This document shows, in pieces, positions 20,920 to 31,137 of a DNA stretch of 64,000 nt. This DNA comes from Porphyridium purpureum. Lineage: Eukaryota. The notes under the pieces were generated by a model. It did no database searches. It worked only from the letters and a program-made list of their open reading frames with translations, and was not told the origin of the DNA. Where the stretch lies: the NCBI GenBank assembly GCA_008690995.1, contig VRMN01000002.1:124001-188000 (forward strand), read 5' to 3'. Each line of letters begins with the position of its first letter. The stretch's first letter is position 1. A program made the position numbers and the translations under genes.

Positions 20920-22998
20920 TTAGCTCGCTCGTACATGCCAGTAGATCCACCGCAGAAAGGCAAAGGACGCGCCTAGTCCCACACTTCCTGTTAGCAGCGC
21001 AAAGGCCACCGAAGCGAGCAGAGCATAACCCAAAAAGAGGACGCTTGACGCAAAGCCTACTTTGATCATGCTGTCAGACGTTACCAAGTAGAAAGCAGAG
21101 TACAAAAACACATACAGCCCAGACGAGCCTGCTGCACAGAAGCCGGGCCACCACCACTCGTGGTCCTGCTGTGAGATCTTCACATACACGAGCGCAACAC
21201 CAACTTGCGCGGATACAAGCAGCGTGAGCACAAACACCACCAGCAAGAATCCAAACATGTGGTGAAAGGCGTTGCCCTGCCACAAGGCCTGCAAAATGGT
21301 GTAAAGCTGGGCCGCCACGACGCCAAAAGGCAGAAGCCCAGCAAGCAACACGAGTGGCGTGCCGACGTACCATTCCTGCTTTGGAATTTCACGAAGCGGC
21401 GCATTGGAATACACGGTGAATGTGTTCACGCGACGGCGGGCGGCAAGCCAACCACCGGCGAGACACAGGGGCACCGAAATGAATAGCCAGCAAAACAGCA
21501 GCACTAGCTGCACGGCGAATGGCGCCGCTGAAATAGCGCGCGCCACCCACAGCGTGCAGTTGATCGCCCAGAACAGCGCAAAGACAAAGAGCGGGAACAC
21601 AAACGCGGCACTTATGGAAGCATGCTGCCACTGCTGCCGTCCAAAGAGAAAGTAAAGCTGGGCCGCCACAAAGCCATTCAGGCCGCTGGTGAGCACCCAA
21701 GCCACCACCAGAGCGATCACCAGGTCGCCGCGGTGCTGTCGCGAAACCACCCCCGCATACGCTGTCACAATGGTACAGAATGCCACGAGGACGAGCTGGG
21801 CACCCGCTGCCACTAGCACGCTCAACCACAACGGGTTCCGCGGTGGCCGAAATACATCCTCGCGCAAGTTGCGCCAGCTACTACCATGCAAACCAGAGTC
21901 ATCAAACGCCTCGATACCAAAAGTAGTTCCTCCACCACTACCGCTACTTGCGCCGAGTGCTGCATAAGCCTTGAACTGTCTCCGAAGCGTGCGAAGCAGG
22001 ATTGTGCCCATCATGAGCGCGAGGGAGAGCACGAGAAGAATTGAGTTGGCAATTGAGAGAAGCTGGCCGCGCTGGAGATGTTCGGAAGTCAGTACCAGCG
22101 GATCAAGCGGGCTCACCCAGTCGAGCGCAACATTCTCAAAGGACACATCGTACGTAAACGCCACTGGCACAAAGGACTGGCCCTGCGCGTTGGAATTCAG
22201 GCCAGTTGGTAGCACCAGCGGCTCATACTTCTGTGCAGACGACACTCCTGCATTGTCCACGCTCAAAGGACCGTCTGGCGTGTATGCACGTGACTCGACT
22301 CGCGCCTTGAGCCCTGCGATCCTGTATTTGCCGGATGGTGATGATGAGCTTGATTGCAGCAAAGACGCATCCTGGTTCGGACTCTGATCCCGCCGGTACA
22401 ATGCCTTACCAAACGATCTGCCCATGTCAGACGCTTGGTCTCTTCCAACCTCGTGCAGTTGCACCAAAAATGAAACATGATTATACAGGACGACCTCATC
22501 ATCATGATGACGCGTGCCCAAATCCACCCCGACATGGGCGCGTTGGGAGCCGGCGCCGGCGGTGCCCGCATCTGCGTCCTGCACGACGCGAAAGCCGTCC
22601 ACAATGTAGTGCACGCGGCATTCTTGCATTACGCGTTTGCGAAGTACGCGCAGTTGCGATGCCGTCAGCTGCATTTTGCACAGCAAGACGCCACGCTGCG
22701 GATGAAACAAACGGGCATCATGCATCGTGCGCCAGGCCCGCTCGCCAAAGAAGAGCGTGGACAGTCGCAACACGCTGTCCGGCTGGTCGCTTCCGAGAGC
22801 GCATAGCGGCGCAGACCGGTACTCGTACGCCAATCGCGTGCGTTGCGAGACGAGCTGCGTCACGGCCAGTGGTAGCTCGTCGCCCGCTCCATACTCGTCT
22901 GCGGTGTAGTATCCGCCGTGCACGCCAACCACTCGCTCGCTCCACACATATGCAGCGAGCACGAGCACCCAAAGTAGCGGCTGCTCGATTCTCCGCAT
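20920..22998 (-). CDS. Transmembrane 9 superfamily (EMP70/nonaspanin) protein
   Basis: Signal-like N-terminus, luminal domain (YEY..LC, LYNH, FTYDVSF), SIANS, WRNLREDVFRPP, GLLPFG, HEWWW, nine TM helices. Confidence 0.92.
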   Translation of the reverse strand: MRRIEQPLLWVLVLAAYVWSERVVGVHGGYYTADEYGAGDELPLAVTQLVSQRTRLAYEYRSAPLCALGSDQPDSVLRLSTLFFGERAWRTMHDARLFHPQRGVLLCKMQLTASQLRVLRKRVMQECRVHYIVDGFRVVQDADAGTAGAGSQRAHVGVDLGTRHHDDEVVLYNHVSFLVQLHEVGRDQASDMGRSFGKALYRRDQSPNQDASLLQSSSSSPSGKYRIAGLKARVESRAYTPDGPLSVDNAGVSSAQKYEPLVLPTGLNSNAQGQSFVPVAFTYDVSFENVALDWVSPLDPLVLTSEHLQRGQLLSIANSILLVLSLALMMGTILLRTLRRQFKAYAALGASSGSGGGTTFGIEAFDDSGLHGSSWRNLREDVFRPPRNPLWLSVLVAAGAQLVLVAFCTIVTAYAGVVSRQHRGDLVIALVVAWVLTSGLNGFVAAQLYFLFGRQQWQHASISAAFVFPLFVFALFWAINCTLWVARAISAAPFAVQLVLLFCWLFISVPLCLAGGWLAARRRVNTFTVYSNAPLREIPKQEWYVGTPLVLLAGLLPFGVVAAQLYTILQALWQGNAFHHMFGFLLVVFVLTLLVSAQVGVALVYVKISQQDHEWWWPGFCAAGSSGLYVFLYSAFYLVTSDSMIKVGFASSVLFLGYALLASVAFALLTGSVGLGASFAFLRWIYWHVRAS

Positions 22999-23216
22999 GC
23001 TATGTGTCTGGAGTGCTGAAAGCGCCACATCAAGGGCAGATCCGGCTGCGTTCGACAGCAGCCTTATCGTCAGGTCGTTGGTGGCAGGCCTGCTTTTGCT
23101 GTCGCTGCCAATTTTTCGCAGGACTTTTTAGTGGCGGTTTCGGACGAAATTCGGAATCCGCGTTCAAGTCGAGCGCACTTGGGGCATATTTGGGCGGCGT
23201 CACTGGTGTTGTCCGC

Positions 23217-23687
23217 ATGAACGCGGCGGCGGATGAGAACCCGTGGGCGGCAGCGCTTAAGCGCAAGACGTCCTCAGGGAATGAAGATGGCGAGCGGCCT
23301 CCACGGACACGCGCGCGCCATTCGTGGTCGCGCACAAGCGAGAAACATGCCGGACCCCGGGTTGCTGTAGGGATGGTGCAAGGCGAAGGACGTAACGGTG
23401 GCGAGGAAGAAGAGTTGCCGATGCAAACCAAGCACCGAAAACAGGCAGACAACAGCTCACCGCATTCTCCGGGCGCTGTGACGACAACAGATTGTGGTGA
23501 AGATGTTGCTGGGCGGCCTGAACATGTAGGTGCGACAGACGTGACCAACCAAGGAAGCACAGCGCCCGTGATGAACTCGGTGAAATTGAGCACCGCAGAG
23601 CAGCGTTCACGAGAACGCGCCATGCTTCTGCAGGAGCTCGCTGAGATTGACGCCGAAATACGGTCACGGGCTATCGTTTCAGAGTAA
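23217..23687 (+). CDS. Hypothetical low-complexity protein with C-terminal helix
   Basis: 156-aa ORF divergent from TM9SF; ends ERAMLLQELAEIDAEIRSR; no recognised family. Confidence 0.4.
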   Translation: MNAAADENPWAAALKRKTSSGNEDGERPPRTRARHSWSRTSEKHAGPRVAVGMVQGEGRNGGEEEELPMQTKHRKQADNSSPHSPGAVTTTDCGEDVAGRPEHVGATDVTNQGSTAPVMNSVKLSTAEQRSRERAMLLQELAEIDAEIRSRAIVSE

Positions 23688-25250
23688 TGACTCTAGTAGC
23701 TCGGAGCAGACCAACCGTGTTTTCCTGGTCATGCGGGTCGGTGGCCCGGCTGTGATTATCCTTGTTGTCCAGTTCGCGCAGCCCATGGGCATCACAATGG
23801 AGCAAGAAAGTCTTGGAAAAGTGAGACAGTCAACATCATTTTGCCGCGTGCACTTGGATGGCCATCCAGACGAAAGCGAAACGTAAATGAGCAGGATACG
23901 ACAGCACCTTGAACGGAATTTCATTAGGCTGTCTTTCTCCGCTCCGGCAGTGGTCCATCGGTCGCCTCTAATGAGCGCCGGACTGACAATCGGAGAAGAC
24001 GCTTGGACTTGACTGTGGCGGTATGGTAACCAGATGGATACATGCTGAACACAAGGCTTTCCGCGCCAGGCACGCAAATTCGTATCACCAATCTGTTCGT
24101 CACAATGCGCGACGCGAGTGGGAAAGCGTGCGAAGTGAGAGGCGTGTAGGGCCATTGGCACCGCTAGGGCGGCTCATCGGTATCTTGACGGAGACCTCCT
24201 TGCCGTATTTCAAGCCGGCCACGGTCGAACCGCAGCGGACAACAAGCTTGCCATCTGAACTCTGGGGCTACAGATCGCTCTGGACGCTGTCGAGGGTAGC
24301 CGTGTCGAGTCACGTCACGTATCATGAAGGCCTCGCACACTTTTGCACTTATGTCCTGGAGCGCACTGGCTTTGCATTGTGCGCCCCAGGCCAATGCCGC
24401 GCGCTATTGGTCGGTGTCGACGATGTGCAGCGCACTGTGTGGCTGTTCTTGGACCTGGATACGCTGGCGTCCGAAATAATCACACCAGACAATACGTGCA
24501 AGCGCCATGCCCTTTGCCGTGCCACAAGTCGTGCACACGCGCTTCAGCGCGCCACGGTGGATGAGGTGCACATGCAAGTAGCCGCGTGCCTCGCGCGCGA
24601 GTACAGTATCGTCCTACAGATTATATTCGTGGGAGTCTAATGTGCTCCGGCGCGAATTCCGCGAAATGTGCCCTGAAGCTGCGCGTCGAATCGCCGGCTG
24701 GAGCCACAGCAGCTTCCGTAGAGGCTGCTGGCGTTCAAGGCGCGCCAGCGCGGATCCAGGCTGGTACTGGTCCATGACGCGTAAAGAGTCAGGATCTACA
24801 GCGCCTGTGGAATCGTCAAGGCCAACCCGAGCGGCCCTAAGATGCGCATGTACTGCTCCGTTAGCCGCTGTGCCGTTATGGACCTGGACGTCAAAGGTGC
24901 CAAAAACATTTTAGTTCGAAACAATGAAACGCTGGGCATCTTGGTGTTTAGTTTTGGGGCCTGTGCCCTGCGACTCGAAGACGATGGCGAAAGGTGAGGG
25001 AATCATCTTTGACATCAACCTCTCGAAGGAATGGGGAGGAAAGAGCTGTTGTATCGGGCTTGACTTGACCTTGGTTTCCTGTCAGCTCTTTCAGTTGAGC
25101 CGGCGCGTTCTAACGTTTCGAAAAGATGGAGCAGGCGATAAGGTGGCTCGCGTACCTCAATTACGCACACTTGAGCAAGTTGAACACGACTTTAGGATTT
25201 GAAGAACAGCGGCACGTAAACGCAAGGCAGGCAAACATCACGGCTCAGAA

Positions 25251-26012
25251 CTATTTGGGGACCGCTCCAACCAGTCGTGCGACGCGCGGCATGGTGGCCA
25301 GCACAATTGGAAAGCGCGCGAACTCCAAGAGTTCATTGGTCACAACCGTCACGCCCACGTTGATCAGCGCCGGATTGGTCAGATACTGGTCCAAGTCGAC
25401 GATGCGCTCGGCGCCGCATGACTTGATAAATGCTAGTGTGGCTTCATGACCAAAGTATTTGACTCCTGCGTACACTGTGAGACCGCTAGCGACCCATGCG
25501 CCCGTCCAGTAAACCATGAAAACCAACCCATAGTTCTTGTACATGAATTTCAGTTTCTCGGACTTGGACATTTTCTTCTCAGGCATGACAACTTGCTCCG
25601 ACGCCGCTCCCGCATCTCCTGCTTGAGGCAGACTCGGCTGCTCACCGGCAGTCGTCGAAACTGATCCGTACTGACCATAGCTACCCTTGCGGTATGAGCG
25701 CCCCAACGCCTCGTCCTTTGCAAGACGGTCGCCGTGTCGCCGCAAATTTTCCGCCATGAGCTGTGCCTTCTTGTCCATGAGTGGGTCCTGTTCGCGCGGC
25801 AGCTTCGTGCGGCTCTCCCTCATCTTGGCCAAGCGAGGAGAGATAAGCTCGTCGATGAGAGACGGAATCGGCCGCACGCCGTGGCGCGAGCCGTCGGCGT
25901 CGTCATGCGGCCCGGTGGCCAGGCCCTGGCGCACGCGTCGATGTGCATCCCGCAGCGACCACGAAACCCTCGGCGCCACGCGCAGCCCCTGACGTCCCAC
26001 GCGCGACCACAT
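25251..26012 (-). CDS. DUF1279/FAM210-like mitochondrial membrane protein
   Basis: Arg-rich presequence MWSRVGRQGLR; KLKFMYKNYGLVFMVYW..VYAGV..TNELLEFARFPIVLATMPRVARL. Confidence 0.8.
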   Translation of the reverse strand: MWSRVGRQGLRVAPRVSWSLRDAHRRVRQGLATGPHDDADGSRHGVRPIPSLIDELISPRLAKMRESRTKLPREQDPLMDKKAQLMAENLRRHGDRLAKDEALGRSYRKGSYGQYGSVSTTAGEQPSLPQAGDAGAASEQVVMPEKKMSKSEKLKFMYKNYGLVFMVYWTGAWVASGLTVYAGVKYFGHEATLAFIKSCGAERIVDLDQYLTNPALINVGVTVVTNELLEFARFPIVLATMPRVARLVGAVPK

Positions 26013-26513
26013 ATGCAAATGCGCACGCCAGCGAGCCGCGCGCGTCGTCAGCGCGCAAACCAAGCCGCCGGCCCCACCCACCACGCGCCTCGCCTCCAAC
26101 CTCAACCTCACTCCCCGCTCGCGCCACGCCACAAAAACTTTCGAACCGGCTGCGGTACAGCGCCGCCCGCATTTTACTGTACACCCTAGGCCTTTCATCT
26201 CTAGGGTTATTTAGGGTAAATCGTCTTTGCTGTACCTTGCACTGAACCGTTGAAGTGATTTGAGGTCCAGTGCACTGTACACCCGACAACGGCCGGTGAT
26301 GGCTCGCGCGGGCGCACGCAGGCCAGACTGAGTGCGGAGGCAGTTGCGCGAGGGAGCAAGGCGATGAGCGCTCGGCTTGGCGCGCGAGCACGGAATTGGA
26401 GACTGACGTTGACAGCAGCAATCACATCGCAAGCATCTGTGCTGCCGCAATTGGGATTTATCCGCACAGCGAGCTCGCGACAGGGGAGTCTTGCTTTGGC
26501 GAAAGCTGCTGGT

Positions 26514-28046
26514 ATGGAAGCTCGCGCACGGGTGGCTGCGTTTGCGCTGCTTCCACCGCGGGTGGGTGGTGCAGACTCGGCTCGACCCCCGGCGGTATGT
26601 GCGACGCGGTGGAGTAGCCCTGCGCGTTCAGCGTGTACGCATGCGGTCTTGTCGATGAATCTGCAGGGTAATGAACACAACCACAAAAACGGAGTTTTCA
26701 CGGCCGACGAGGAATTGCAGGCCGCGACAAAGGTGCAGTTTGGCACCACCGGTGAAAGTCATGAGTACAGCAGCGTGGCGTTACCGACAGGCTCGGACAG
26801 GAATGCGCAGGTGAAGGGCAGTGTGGCAACGCGGCCGGCGCCGCTCGACAAGTCGTTGGTTCCTGGGCGGAAGGATATGCAGGGTCGAACGCTCCTCAAG
26901 TCAATGAACTTGGCACAGCTCGAGGATTTTGTGGAGACGGAGCTGGGCACAAAAAGATTCCGCGCGCGTCAATTGTGGCAGTGGATGTACAAGGAGGACA
27001 AGCTGGCCAAAAGCTTTGATGAAATGACGGATATCGCTGTGGAGTTGCGCAGCGCGCTGAACGAAAAATGTACAATTGACTCGCTATTCGTGGACGACGT
27101 AGTCTACGCGAGCGACGGTACACGCAAAATTATGTATCGGCTCACGAGCCAGCCGGACAGCGGCACAATCGAGTGTGTGTGGATCCCGACCGACGACCGC
27201 GTCACGCTGTGCGTATCGTCACAACTTGGCTGCGCGCTCAACTGCCAGTTCTGTGCGACTGCACTGCTAGGTTTGAAACGGCATCTTGCTGTCGAAGAAA
27301 TCGTCGACCAGGTTGTGATTGCGAAACGCATGTTCGACGCCGAGAAGCGTGTATCCAATGTGGTGTTTATGGGAATGGGCGAACCGTTGCATAATATCAA
27401 CAATGTCCTTGCAGCCGTCAACTGCCTACTGGACAACCGCGGGCTCAACTTGTCACATAACAAGGTTACTGTGTCGACGTCCGGATTGGTTCCTGAGATC
27501 GTACGCTTTTGCCGCGAGTCCAAGGCTTGCCTCGCGGTGAGCCTCAATGCGAGCTGCGACGAAACTCGAAACTGGCTCATGCCAATCAACCGCAAGTACA
27601 ATATGGACGCGCTGTTTTCTGCGCTGCGCCAAGAATTTCCACGGCGAGGAGAGAATTCCGGCCGCGTGCAGCGCCGGGTCTTTTTTGAGTATGTGATGCT
27701 TCGTGGAGTTAATGACTCCATGGAGGACGCGCAGCGGCTTCTCAAGCTCATGCGCTCCGTTCCCTGCAAACTGAATCTCATTCGGTTCAACTCGCACCCG
27801 GGCTCGCTGTTTGAGAGTAGCTCAGAGCAGCAGATCGAGCGCGTTCGTGCCTTCCTGGCCGGGTACGGAATGGTCGTTACGCGCCGAGAGTCGCGCGGCG
27901 ACGAGAAGATGATGGCGTGCGGTCAGCTGGGCAAGATTGACGAGCAGAGCCAGCAGCGCCCCACGCCGCGTCTCAAAGTGCCGGCAAAGTTCCAGCCCGT
28001 GCTCTCGGCCAAGAAACCGATAAAGGCAGACTCTCAAATCTATTAA
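26514..28046 (+). CDS. rlmN: Radical-SAM dual-specificity RNA methyltransferase RlmN, organelle-targeted
   Basis: FRARQLWQW, SDGTRK, TLCVSSQLGCALNCQFCAT, NVVFMGMGEPLHN, FEYVMLRGVND, ACGQL. Start uncertain (26364 or 26514). Confidence 0.95.
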   Translation: MEARARVAAFALLPPRVGGADSARPPAVCATRWSSPARSACTHAVLSMNLQGNEHNHKNGVFTADEELQAATKVQFGTTGESHEYSSVALPTGSDRNAQVKGSVATRPAPLDKSLVPGRKDMQGRTLLKSMNLAQLEDFVETELGTKRFRARQLWQWMYKEDKLAKSFDEMTDIAVELRSALNEKCTIDSLFVDDVVYASDGTRKIMYRLTSQPDSGTIECVWIPTDDRVTLCVSSQLGCALNCQFCATALLGLKRHLAVEEIVDQVVIAKRMFDAEKRVSNVVFMGMGEPLHNINNVLAAVNCLLDNRGLNLSHNKVTVSTSGLVPEIVRFCRESKACLAVSLNASCDETRNWLMPINRKYNMDALFSALRQEFPRRGENSGRVQRRVFFEYVMLRGVNDSMEDAQRLLKLMRSVPCKLNLIRFNSHPGSLFESSSEQQIERVRAFLAGYGMVVTRRESRGDEKMMACGQLGKIDEQSQQRPTPRLKVPAKFQPVLSAKKPIKADSQIY

Positions 28047-28242
28047 AATGGTGGCCCCCTCGAAGATCTTACTGGTCGGCGTAGCGCGAACTGCGCGAGA
28101 AGCGTGAACGTGTTGAAGCAGGTGTGTGAGGTGCTCTCGCGCGCGTGGGACGATTCTCTGAGCACGAGTATTGTACTTTACACATTAGTGGCGAGGAACT
28201 GTCAGCGCCCGTGTGCGGTCGGAAAAGTCAGGAGCCGGCGGC

Positions 28243-28857
28243 ATGGCGAAACGCCTTCCTTCACAGGAAGCTGCCGAAGCCCTCGCGAAACTGAGGCCCT
28301 TTACGCGTATAACTGGTCTTCTTCTCGGTAACAGCCCTGGCAGTGGGCCTCAGACTGGTCCCGTCGTTGTCGGCACCGCTCAGACTGATACGTACCTCGT
28401 GAGCGCGGAGCCAACAGGCTACGCGAAGGGGAGCGAGGACGAGCGCGCAGAGGACCGAGGTGATATTAAGCATTTGCTCACAGGGCTGCTGGATTTCGAC
28501 GATCTTGTGGTGGTGCTTCAGGGCTTCTCACAGCCGGTCTGGTCAAAGCATCCCGAAATTGTGAGCAAGGGATACATCGAAATTGACATGTGCACAGCCG
28601 AGATACTTATGTGGCAGCCAGACAAGACGAACGAGCGACGCTCGACGCATGCTCGCTTTAGTTACTCGTGGGAGGAAGCCGAGCGGCGCTCACAGACCTT
28701 AAAGCAATGGAAACATCTGGCCAAACCGATCAAGACGCTTCGTGACGACCCGTGTGTGGAATGTGCTGTGGGGCTGCAATTCTTTCTGGACGAAGAGTGT
28801 GAGACTTGGAGAAGCACATTTGGCGCGTGGCGGAACATGGATAAAGCCGAACTATGA
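28243..28857 (+). CDS. Hypothetical protein
   Basis: 204-aa ORF with globular-looking composition filling the gap between RlmN and AlkB; family not recognised. Confidence 0.55.
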   Translation: MAKRLPSQEAAEALAKLRPFTRITGLLLGNSPGSGPQTGPVVVGTAQTDTYLVSAEPTGYAKGSEDERAEDRGDIKHLLTGLLDFDDLVVVLQGFSQPVWSKHPEIVSKGYIEIDMCTAEILMWQPDKTNERRSTHARFSYSWEEAERRSQTLKQWKHLAKPIKTLRDDPCVECAVGLQFFLDEECETWRSTFGAWRNMDKAEL

Positions 28858-28980
28858 GTATGAGCTGCATCTGTTCCGTGCCCCTTTACTCCACGACAAG
28901 GGTTGCATACTACTTCTCTACGCTAATGGTCGCACGAGGCACCCGCGCTCAGATACGGACACATCACCGAATGACAAGGG

Positions 28981-30213
28981 TTATTGTGTTTTCCGGCACG
29001 AAGACACATGCCCTTGCTGAGATCGCTGGGATCTCGCCTTTAGCACCAGCGGATCCATAACAGCTCGCCATATTGGCGGGCACATGACCAGAACGGCTAA
29101 TGCCGGGTAACCTGCAGGCAACTGCGGTGCACACTGATTCAATTGCAGGCAGTAGTATTGCTTCTGCGCATGCAGGTGGTGGTCAGCATGACGCTGCAGT
29201 TTAAAGAGCATGTAATTGGACACCTTTTGCGGCGCATCCCAGCTGTGGTGAGGCTGCACCGGCTCGTATTTGGGAGTCGCAGACTCCGATGACCCTTCTA
29301 CTGGTGTACGCTCCAATCCGTAGTGCTCAATGTAATTGGTCTTCTCAAGAATAATCACGCTCACAATCGCCTGCAATAAGAAAAAGGCCGCGCCGCGCAA
29401 CCCGTACACTGCAAGCACCCACAAAAAGACAAGCGAGGAGCCAAGCGCTGCGTTGACACAACGATTCTCAAAGAGAGGGCTCCAGCTACTGCGCGCGGAG
29501 CCGCGCAGCCGCGAAACTCGAGCTCTCTCAAGCGTCCAGGCCGAGCGTAATCCGCCGAGCACCGACTGCGGCAAAAAGCTAAAGAACGGCTGGCCGAGCT
29601 TGGCGGTGGCCGGGTCAGCCGGCGTGCCAACATTCTTGTGATGTCCCATGGTATGCTCCACTTCAAAGTGTCCATAACATACAAGGACGAGCAATAGCCT
29701 GGCCATGGCGCGCTCATATGCGTTCGACTTGTGGAAGAGCTCATGCGAGACGTTAATTGAGCCGGCGCCGAGGAAGCCCATGCACACGCCCAGCATCGCT
29801 AGCGACGCGATCGACGTCTGCGTTGCGCGGCACTGATGCAGCGCCCACATCAGCAGCGCCACGTGCGTCGGCACCCACAGCCAAATCACCAATCTATAGT
29901 ACAGAGCGCGCCCACGATTATCGAGCTCCTGTCTGGAGTCGTGTGCCTGGTGTAACGGCGCCACCAGGTCATCGTTGCCCACGAGCCAGTCCATCGCCGG
30001 CACCAAGCCGTACGCGTACATGACAGTGAACATTGGCACGACGTAGAAGCTAATAAGCAGAGTGAGCGGCAGAATGTATGCGGTCAAGTACATCAAGCAC
30101 GCGGGCCAGCGTTCCGGCGCTTCTTGATGTGCCATGTCGCTGCGCTCCTCCTGCGCATGGCGCGCAGGCGCGTGCGCGCACACTTTTGCCTCACCAGAAG
30201 CCGGATGTGCCAT
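28981..30213 (-). CDS. alkB: Alkane 1-monooxygenase (AlkB/XylM-type membrane di-iron hydroxylase)
   Basis: His boxes HELFHK, EHTMGHH and LQRHADHH, plus the AlkB-diagnostic NYIEHYGL; also VGTPADPATA, HSWD, PQLPAGY. Confidence 0.92.
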   Translation of the reverse strand: MAHPASGEAKVCAHAPARHAQEERSDMAHQEAPERWPACLMYLTAYILPLTLLISFYVVPMFTVMYAYGLVPAMDWLVGNDDLVAPLHQAHDSRQELDNRGRALYYRLVIWLWVPTHVALLMWALHQCRATQTSIASLAMLGVCMGFLGAGSINVSHELFHKSNAYERAMARLLLVLVCYGHFEVEHTMGHHKNVGTPADPATAKLGQPFFSFLPQSVLGGLRSAWTLERARVSRLRGSARSSWSPLFENRCVNAALGSSLVFLWVLAVYGLRGAAFFLLQAIVSVIILEKTNYIEHYGLERTPVEGSSESATPKYEPVQPHHSWDAPQKVSNYMLFKLQRHADHHLHAQKQYYCLQLNQCAPQLPAGYPALAVLVMCPPIWRAVMDPLVLKARSQRSQQGHVSSCRKTQ

Positions 30214-30555
30214 ACATCAACGCGAGACGCGCTTACCGTCGAGGCGGTCACCGCAAACCAGGACACACCGCACGGAGCAGTTTGGACAGCCCAGACACAC
30301 GCGCACGCAATGGAGCTCGCCACTCCACGCGCGCTCCACGTCCGCGCTGCGTCGCAAATGGCCCGAAGCTGGCATTCGAGGTACAGTTCAGGTGTACATT
30401 GAGGTACAGTGAATTCGTGGGAGAGTAAGGTACATTGTCTAGGTACAGTTGACGTGCTGGCGGTGGTGGCGAAGTGGCGGGAAGAGGGACAGAGGAGAGA
30501 GAAGTGGACGAGAGGAAGACGGTGTGAGCTTGGCGGCACGCTGATGGTGTGATGA

Positions 30556-31095
30556 ATGATGGCTTCGTACTTTGATGACCACGATGTGGCGGATGTCGCG
30601 ATGGGCAGTGGTTCTAGGCCTGGATCTGCAGGAGAGCAAGCTGGCGCTGCGGCGAACCAGCTGGCCGAGTTCTTTGCGCTGCTTGGCTCGAGCAGCGACG
30701 ACGCGTCGATCCGAGCGCGCACGGTGACGCTGCTGGCGGAATTGGCGCAATTGGCAGGTACGCATGTGAACCTGGCTGAGACTCTGTCAAATCCGCCCGC
30801 TGCTGAGAGCGCAATCGCCGAGCTGCCGCGCTTGGCGCCCGCGGAGTTAAGGGTCGTGGCGCCCGCAGAGACATGCCCTGTGTGCACGTGCGAGCTCGCG
30901 CAGCAAGACTGCTTGAAAATGCCCTGTGCGCATCTCTTCCACGCAGAGTGTCTGATGGCCTGGTTGCATCGACACAACTCGTGCCCATGCTGTCGCCGCG
31001 AGCTGCGAACGGACGACATCCAGTATGAAAACAAGAAGCGCGAGCGCGCTCGTCAGCAGGCCGCCAAGGCCATGTACGACAGTATGTACAATTAA
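30556..31095 (+). CDS. RING-H2 E3 ubiquitin ligase (RNF181-like)
   Basis: NPPAAESAIAELP..CPVC..MPCAHLFHAECLMAWLHRHNSCPCCRRELRTDD.YE..MYDSMYN. Confidence 0.9.
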   Translation: MMASYFDDHDVADVAMGSGSRPGSAGEQAGAAANQLAEFFALLGSSSDDASIRARTVTLLAELAQLAGTHVNLAETLSNPPAAESAIAELPRLAPAELRVVAPAETCPVCTCELAQQDCLKMPCAHLFHAECLMAWLHRHNSCPCCRRELRTDDIQYENKKRERARQQAAKAMYDSMYN

Positions 31096-31137
31096 CTTAA
31101 AAATGCACGAGCAGGCTCATTTCATTTCATCTAGAGT

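Noticed and set aside
22335..23216. N-terminal part of the 450-aa plus-strand ORF
   Set aside because: Largely antisense overlap with TM9SF; only the part from ATG 23217 is plausible.
24164..24910. Minus-strand frame of ~250 codons with two internal stops (possible pseudogene or TE relic)
   Set aside because: No recognisable motif, and such frames arise by chance at this GC content.
26200..26220. TAGGGTT/TTTAGGG telomere-like words
   Set aside because: Only two imperfect copies; could be a telo-box but cannot be distinguished from chance.
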